DNA of 64,000 bases, from positions 114,581 to 178,580 of the forward strand of contig ATMD01000001.1 in assembly GCA_001856825.1 (NCBI GenBank), written 5' to 3'. The position numbers and the translations under genes were made by a program. The notes below the pieces were generated by a model that was not told the origin of the DNA, did not search any database, and worked only from the letters and a program-made list of their open reading frames with translations. The DNA is from Thermoplasmatales archaeon I-plasma (GTDB lineage Archaea; Thermoplasmatota; Thermoplasmata; Thermoplasmatales; GCA-001856825). The stretch's first letter is position 1; each line of letters opens with the position of its first letter. Below, piece by piece: positions 58,836-64,000 of the stretch.

Positions 58836-61547
58836 TCATTCCAGCCTTATCGCCGGTCTTCCAGGGAGGGCTTTCTTTGTGTGGGCACCCTCCTTGCTCA
58901 ACACAATCTCAACATTCAGGTATCTTGATAGATCGTCCTTATACTTCGTTATGACCTCCTCCTCGTTCCTCACGATTGGGGCGATGTCCTTCTTCTTCAT
59001 GAGCAACAGCAGGAAGTCCCTGTGTTCGGGTGTTGCCTCCTTTATCAACGTCTTCAGGTCCATTGATTTGGATTCATCCAGGAGTTTCCACTTCCACTCT
59101 TCTGCAGTGCCAATGATCATCCTGCTGGGTTTCATGTTCGAAACTTTCGTGATGCTCCTGAAGTCTTCAACTATTGACTCTATGAACTCCCACTCATACT
59201 CATGGTCCCTGAAGTTGTTTGTCATTGAGGGGTATCGCTGGAGGGAGGCAAAACCATCCCCGCCGTACATGGAATATATCTCTTCAGACATGAACGGGAT
59301 GACAGGCGATAGGCTCAATGCCCACTCCTTAGCAAATTTCCTTACTGCCCTCAATGCCCTCTCCTTTCCTGCAAAGTTCTCTAGGTCCCTTACGTCGTTC
59401 AATGCGTTGAAGAAAAGGTCTATTGTCGCTTCCCTTATCCTCATCGAGTCATAGTTCCTCGAACTCTTCTCGATCCTGTCTATCATCCTTGATACTATCC
59501 ACATGTCCCTCTCATCAGGTTCGGAAGTCGTGCTTCTTGCCTCATCCAGGAGTGAATAGAACCTTTCCAGCTTCTTTGAATAGTTCTCCACCTCGCTCGT
59601 CCTCCAGTCAACATCATACCATACATCTGCATTCGATGCAAGGTACATCCTGAAAAGGTCAGCGCCATATTTCCTCTTGACAGTTAGGAGAGGGTAAACG
59701 TTCCCCTTGCTCTTGCTCATCTTCTGCCCCTCAGATATCACCATGCCGCCTGTCGATATACCAACGGGCCACTCATTCTCAGGGAAGATTGCCACGTGGT
59801 TGAACAGGTAGAATGTGAGATGATTTGAAATGTGGGGGTAGCTTGTGTGCCTCAGGTCCACTGGATACCAGTAGAGGAATTCCTTCCTGGCCTCATTTGC
59901 CTCATTCCGTGTTGCCTCGCTCTTCCTTGAAATGTCTCCGCTACCGAAGAATATGTAGTCAAATAGGTCGTTGTCAATTTCCTCATACCTCATCCTCCTG
60001 AGGAAGGGCATTATTGTGTAGACAACGGTATAGATGGTTGAATCGCTCAGGCTTTCTATCACCCAGTCAGTATCCATCGGGAGCTTCGTACCCAGTCCCC
60101 TCTTCCTCGCACATGGTCTCTCCTTTATCCAGTCCACTGTCTGCAGGAACTGGTTCTTCAGGTTGTCAGGCTTCAGGTCCATCCTCCCTATCAGCTTCCT
60201 TACCTTTTCCTTCCACTCTTCAAGCGAATAATCGATGAACCACTGGTTCTTTATCACAGCGACTATGACGGGATTTCCCTCCCTCGTCTCCGCTTTCCTG
60301 GATGTTTCGTAGACAGGGATCGCAATGCCCATTTGTATCAAGTCCTCTATGATCAAGTCCTTGACGTCCTTCACAACCCTCCCCTTGAACCTACCCTTCA
60401 GTATCTTGCCGTGGTAGAACTCCTGCTCGTAAACGTATTTTGTAGCCTCCACCAGTTTTTCCCTGTCCTTCAAGCCTGATATGCCGAATTTCTTCCTGAT
60501 CTCCTCCATGTCAAGACGCTGATTTTCCATCTCTATGACCTGGATGTATTCCGGCTTCTCCGAAATCTCCATAAGGCCGACATGGTCCCATATTGAATGG
60601 GCAGGGACGGAATAATCAACTCCCGTTCCTATTTCAGGATCGACGAACTTCCCGGGGAATATGGGTATCTCCCTAGAGTAAAGCGGTTCCCGTGCCATCT
60701 TGTAGATGTAGTCGTTCACATCCACGTCCGAAATGAATTCAGCATCCCTCTGGTATTTTAGCTTCTCGTACCCCCTTCTGCTGACAATGAACGTCTGCCC
60801 CCTCATCCTTATCCTGCAGTATTGTATCTCAGGGTTCATGAATATGTTTGTAACGCCGTCAAGGGTCTCAGGTCTAACTGTTGAAGCCAGAAGTATGTCA
60901 TTCCCAAAGTAGAAGAACACCCCGGTGAACTGAGTGATGGATACTTTGTCCGTATCCCCTTCAAGTATGTCATCCTCCCCCACGGGGTTCCCTTCCTCTG
61001 CAGAATAAAGAATGGGGTAATCGCCTCTCTTTATCAGGTTCTTCTCCTTGAGGATGCTGAACTGCCATTCAACGAACTTGTTGTATATTGGTTCACCTGA
61101 CGTGAACTTCCTAGTCCAGTCTATGGAGAAGCCCATGTTTGTGAAATCATTGATGATTCGCTCCGAGAAATATGATGCAATGTTGTCCGGGATTGCAAAT
61201 TCCGAAACCTTCGAAGGATCGTCTCCGTATAGCTCAAGGTAGCTCTTGTAGAGGTTTATAGTCTGTGCATCCCCGTTCTCTATCTTCTTGCTGAACGCAA
61301 GTATTGGCGTGCCCGATATGTGGAATCCCATTGGGTAGAGGACGTTCAGCCCCTTCATCCTCTTGTACCTTGCAACTATGTCGCCTATGGTATATGTTCT
61401 TCCATGGCCTATGTGCAGTGCACCGTTGCAGTATGGCCATGGCACGGTGATGAGAAACTTTTCACCGTCCATCCTTGGCTCAAATGCCTTTTCCTCCTTC
61501 CACTTGCGCAGCCACTTCTCCTCTATTGAATTGAAATCGTATATCAC
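58836..61547 (-). CDS. leuS: Leucyl-tRNA synthetase (archaeal type)
   Basis: HIGH motif PYCNGALHIGHGRTY, KMSKS motif GQKMSKSKGNV, 903 aa with a CP1 editing insertion. Confidence 0.95.
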   Translation of the reverse strand: MIYDFNSIEEKWLRKWKEEKAFEPRMDGEKFLITVPWPYCNGALHIGHGRTYTIGDIVARYKRMKGLNVLYPMGFHISGTPILAFSKKIENGDAQTINLYKSYLELYGDDPSKVSEFAIPDNIASYFSERIINDFTNMGFSIDWTRKFTSGEPIYNKFVEWQFSILKEKNLIKRGDYPILYSAEEGNPVGEDDILEGDTDKVSITQFTGVFFYFGNDILLASTVRPETLDGVTNIFMNPEIQYCRIRMRGQTFIVSRRGYEKLKYQRDAEFISDVDVNDYIYKMAREPLYSREIPIFPGKFVDPEIGTGVDYSVPAHSIWDHVGLMEISEKPEYIQVIEMENQRLDMEEIRKKFGISGLKDREKLVEATKYVYEQEFYHGKILKGRFKGRVVKDVKDLIIEDLIQMGIAIPVYETSRKAETREGNPVIVAVIKNQWFIDYSLEEWKEKVRKLIGRMDLKPDNLKNQFLQTVDWIKERPCARKRGLGTKLPMDTDWVIESLSDSTIYTVVYTIMPFLRRMRYEEIDNDLFDYIFFGSGDISRKSEATRNEANEARKEFLYWYPVDLRHTSYPHISNHLTFYLFNHVAIFPENEWPVGISTGGMVISEGQKMSKSKGNVYPLLTVKRKYGADLFRMYLASNADVWYDVDWRTSEVENYSKKLERFYSLLDEARSTTSEPDERDMWIVSRMIDRIEKSSRNYDSMRIREATIDLFFNALNDVRDLENFAGKERALRAVRKFAKEWALSLSPVIPFMSEEIYSMYGGDGFASLQRYPSMTNNFRDHEYEWEFIESIVEDFRSITKVSNMKPSRMIIGTAEEWKWKLLDESKSMDLKTLIKEATPEHRDFLLLLMKKKDIAPIVRNEEEVITKYKDDLSRYLNVEIVLSKEGAHTKKALPGRPAIRLE

Positions 61548-61556
61548 GTCAACACC

Positions 61557-62099
61557 CTATCCCAAAATCATCACTGCTGCTGCAACAACTGTCGTCCATT
61601 CATCTGCATTCTTAACCGTTGACGATGCAGTCACGTTGCTCGTTAGCAGTATGGCATCATTCAGCCTGAACTTCCCGTTTTCGTCTAGTTGATATGAATC
61701 AAGTCCCATCGTGCTTGCCAGCATCTCTGCAGCAAGCTCTTCTGCAAATTTACCTGAAGCCTCAGGTGTTTCACCGAAACTGTGGTGCTCGCTGAGGTAT
61801 CCGTACATAGTCCTGTTCCGTGGTATTGCGAAACCTACCGATGCGGTTATCAGCCTGTTTAGTTCATTAGAGCTGTTCCTTGCGAGGACAAGATAGACGA
61901 TCTGCCCCGGTTTCAGCTCCTTCAACCCCTCCTCCCTGTCAACAAGTTCAGCATAGGGAGGGAATATGGAACTAACCTCTACTAGGTTGTATTTGGCTAT
62001 ATCTGCATCCCTGAGAGCGTTCTCAAATGAACCGAGCTGGCTCCTGTGGGTGCCAACTCCCTTGACAAAGAATATCTTTCGTGGCATCATCGACTGCAT
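61557..62099 (-). CDS. pdaD: Pyruvoyl-dependent arginine decarboxylase
   Basis: PRKIFFVKGVG...KYNLVEVSSIFPP (Ser-Ser self-cleavage site), 180 aa, 9 nt upstream of leuS. Confidence 0.88.
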   Translation of the reverse strand: MQSMMPRKIFFVKGVGTHRSQLGSFENALRDADIAKYNLVEVSSIFPPYAELVDREEGLKELKPGQIVYLVLARNSSNELNRLITASVGFAIPRNRTMYGYLSEHHSFGETPEASGKFAEELAAEMLASTMGLDSYQLDENGKFRLNDAILLTSNVTASSTVKNADEWTTVVAAAVMILG

Positions 62100-62213
62100 T
62101 TCAGTGGTAAATCACATCTCGGCTTTATCCTTTTTCATCTCAAGGCAAAGCAGGCAGGTAATGGGAGGGCAGTAAAGGAATACAGAATCCAAGTTACAAA
62201 AGATTTAATAACT

Positions 62214-62228
62214 TTAGTACGATACTAA
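62214..62228. promoter_or_regulatory. Inverted repeat TTAGTA-N3-TACTAA immediately upstream of the DtxR-like gene (candidate metalloregulator operator)
   Basis: Perfect 6-bp arms. It lies between a TATA-like ATTTAATAA (62203-62211) and the GTG start (62232). The TTAG...CTAA ends recall DtxR/MntR/IdeR box half sites. Confidence 0.4.
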
Positions 62229-62231
62229 TGA

Positions 62232-62654
62232 GTGGAATACAATACTAATACAGTGACCAGAAGGGAGAGGGATTGCCTGGTCATACTGGAGGAAGATTCG
62301 CGGGACGACTTCCCTGTGAGACTGCACGAGATTGCGCTAACGCTAAATGTGAAACCGCCTACTGCCCTGAACGTTGTGAGGAGGCTCGAAAGGAAGGGGC
62401 TTGCAGAATCCAGGGACGGAATGATCATCCTTACGGAATCAGGAGAAAAGGTGGCAAAGAGCATCCTCCTTGTTCACAGGACGTATGAGTCATTGCTCTG
62501 TCAGAGTGGTGTTCCTGCAAATTCTGCCTGCCAGGAAGCAGCAGAAGTGGATTACATAATACCGGAGGGAGATGCCAAGCTCATACTCAAGAAGATTGGA
62601 AATCCGAAAAAGTGCCCACATGGCAAGCCAATTCAGGAGGTTGACGAGGAATGA
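62232..62654 (+). CDS. DtxR/MntR-family metal-dependent transcriptional repressor
   Basis: wHTH VRLHEIALTLNVKPPTALNVVRRLERKGLAES, followed by a dimerisation/metal region with HRTYESLL...CPHGKPI. Confidence 0.85.
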   Translation: MEYNTNTVTRRERDCLVILEEDSRDDFPVRLHEIALTLNVKPPTALNVVRRLERKGLAESRDGMIILTESGEKVAKSILLVHRTYESLLCQSGVPANSACQEAAEVDYIIPEGDAKLILKKIGNPKKCPHGKPIQEVDEE

Positions 62655-63577
62655 TCAATCTGCTAACAATTCTCAATCCTCCTGCAGGCATGTCCGTCTA
62701 TCTCATACTGCTGATCGCCATAATTCTAGGGATACTGCACGGAATAACGCCTGATGAGCACACGTGGCCAATTACGTTCAGCTACTCCGTAGGAAGCTAT
62801 AGCACGCGGGGAGGCATGAAGAGTGGTTTCACTTTTTCTGCAGGTTTCACCATACAGAGGGCAATACTGACGTCCCTAGGGTTTATTGGTCTTGCGGCCA
62901 TATACGAGAAATACGACCTGAACGGGTACGTCTACGTGATCGTCGGTTTCGTGATGTTCATAGTTGGGTACTATCTGATAAAGGGAACTGACCTGCACGT
63001 ACCGCTGGACAGGCTGTTCGGCGGTATCGCCCACCACTCAACGAAGGCGGAGAGGATGCCAATGCAGGAGGTAGAAAATACAGTGAAGCCTATTCCCATG
63101 AGGATGGCGCTTGTTCATGGATTCGTCGCAGGATGGGGCTTCGGTGGCTTTTCGACAATAATCACGTTCATCCTTGCGCCCCAGATGCCCAATATATACT
63201 ATGCCGCGCTTGTGGGTGCATTTTTCGGGCTGGGAACCATGATGATGCAGATAGTTCTAGGAGCGGTATTCGCGAACATTATGAAGGTCAAGAAGCTCAC
63301 CGCAAACCAGATAAAGTATGTTGGCAGGTCCACTGCTGCAAGGACGCTCTTTCTTGGAGGGCTTGCATTTGCTATAATGGGGGCATTTGTGATATCCTTT
63401 CCCATACTGGATTCCCTTTCACTGAGTACTGGGAACCCCATCCCGAATCTGAACTCAATCGGAGTTGAAACGGTCCTTGTCATCCTTGTGGTGGGTGTTA
63501 TAGGCATCTGGAGCCTTCTCAGGGGGTACAGGGAAATTGTTGGTTCACGAAGGCATGATGTTCCGGAAGGAAAGTGA
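62651..63577 (+). CDS. Putative transition-metal transporter (NicO/RcnA-like His-rich TM motifs)
   Basis: 308-aa polytopic protein. TM1 carries GILHGITPDEHTW and a later helix carries ALVHGFVAGWGFGG, with a His-containing loop (GGIAHHSTKAERMPMQ). It overlaps the DtxR-like gene by 4 nt. Confidence 0.45.
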   Translation: MINLLTILNPPAGMSVYLILLIAIILGILHGITPDEHTWPITFSYSVGSYSTRGGMKSGFTFSAGFTIQRAILTSLGFIGLAAIYEKYDLNGYVYVIVGFVMFIVGYYLIKGTDLHVPLDRLFGGIAHHSTKAERMPMQEVENTVKPIPMRMALVHGFVAGWGFGGFSTIITFILAPQMPNIYYAALVGAFFGLGTMMMQIVLGAVFANIMKVKKLTANQIKYVGRSTAARTLFLGGLAFAIMGAFVISFPILDSLSLSTGNPIPNLNSIGVETVLVILVVGVIGIWSLLRGYREIVGSRRHDVPEGK

Positions 63578-63742
63578 AACATAAATTCTATATTATTTTC
63601 TATCATCTTTAATTTCAAAAAATTTTTCAAACTACACGTTGCAACGACGGGAACATTTTCTTTCGATTATAGATAAATGAGAATCATTGATGCAATGGGG
63701 AAAGCGTATTTTCGGCATCGGTAGAATTTTCCATCGGCAAGT

Positions 63743-63750
63743 ATTTTATA
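63743..63750 (+). promoter_or_regulatory. TATA-box-like element for the P-loop gene at 63772
   Basis: ATTTTATA is centred ~25 nt before the ATG at 63772. Confidence 0.35.
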
Positions 63751-63771
63751 CGAGGTCCGATTCGAACCTGA

Positions 63772-64000
63772 ATGCAGGCATCCCCTACCATATCAAAAGT
63801 ACTTGTCGTTGGCCCAAAAGGTTCAGGAAAGACAAGTCTGCTTTGCAGGATGATATATGATTCTTTGGAGGAGTGCCACACGATGCCTGGGCAGTTCATG
63901 AAATTCAGCTTCACAAGAGGGGATGGCGATACAATTTCATTCCTTTTCAAGGAAGTAAACAATCTTCCAACTTCAGAGAAGAAATCAGCGTACATTCTCA
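63772..64000 (+). CDS. P-loop NTPase (small-GTPase-like), 5' partial at window edge
   Basis: Hand translation: MQASPTISKVLVVGPKGSGKTSLLCRMIYDSLEE..., open to the window end. It has the Walker A/G1 motif GPKGSGKTS. It is absent from the ORF track, presumably because it has no stop codon inside the window. Confidence 0.6.
   Translation, partial: MQASPTISKVLVVGPKGSGKTSLLCRMIYDSLEECHTMPGQFMKFSFTRGDGDTISFLFKEVNNLPTSEKKSAYIL

Noticed and set aside
63735-63790. TTCGAA-containing stretch that looked like a tRNA T-arm
   Set aside because: On neither strand can a 5-bp T stem with a 7-nt loop, or a matching acceptor stem, be drawn. The region is better explained as the promoter and 5' end of the P-loop gene.

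Overview
This is a densely coding (roughly 90%) 64-kb chromosomal segment of an archaeon. Archaeal hallmark genes are present: CDP-archaeol synthase, a geranylgeranyl-reductase-family flavoprotein, XPB-Bax1, XPD, archease, Sm + L37e, pyruvoyl arginine decarboxylase, a presenilin-like GxGD protease, a beta-CASP RNase, archaeal-type LeuRS/GlyRS, and porGDAB + iorAB. They sit beside bacterial-type modules: grpE-dnaK-dnaJ, katG-fur, an AraC-Ogt fusion and heme O synthase. That mixture, plus TATA-like boxes about 25 nt before many start codons (leaderless mRNAs), suggests an aerobic or facultative Thermoplasmata-like euryarchaeon. This is inference only, since no database search was possible. I call about 60 intact protein genes, 2 genes broken by frameshifts, and 3 tRNAs (Ala-GGC, His-GUG with encoded G-1, Glu-UUC). 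The ORF track misses two of these genes: a 53-aa rpl37e and a P-loop gene running off the 3' edge. I saw no rRNA, CRISPR array, transposase, integrase or recognisable defence island. All protein calls rest on motif recognition by eye, not on searches. The items most worth follow-up are: (1) three KaiC/RadA-like ATPases, one fused to a nuclease-like N-domain next to XPB-Bax1 and two forming a translationally coupled degenerate/intact pair; (2) a MarR / B12-like radical SAM divergent pair with a shared inverted-repeat operator, plus a MarR-small ORF-DedA operon; (3) an uncharacterised gene pair at 56.5-58.1 kb; (4) two genes interrupted at short homopolymer runs, one by compensating frameshifts; (5) candidate operators for the DtxR-like and Fur-like regulators.
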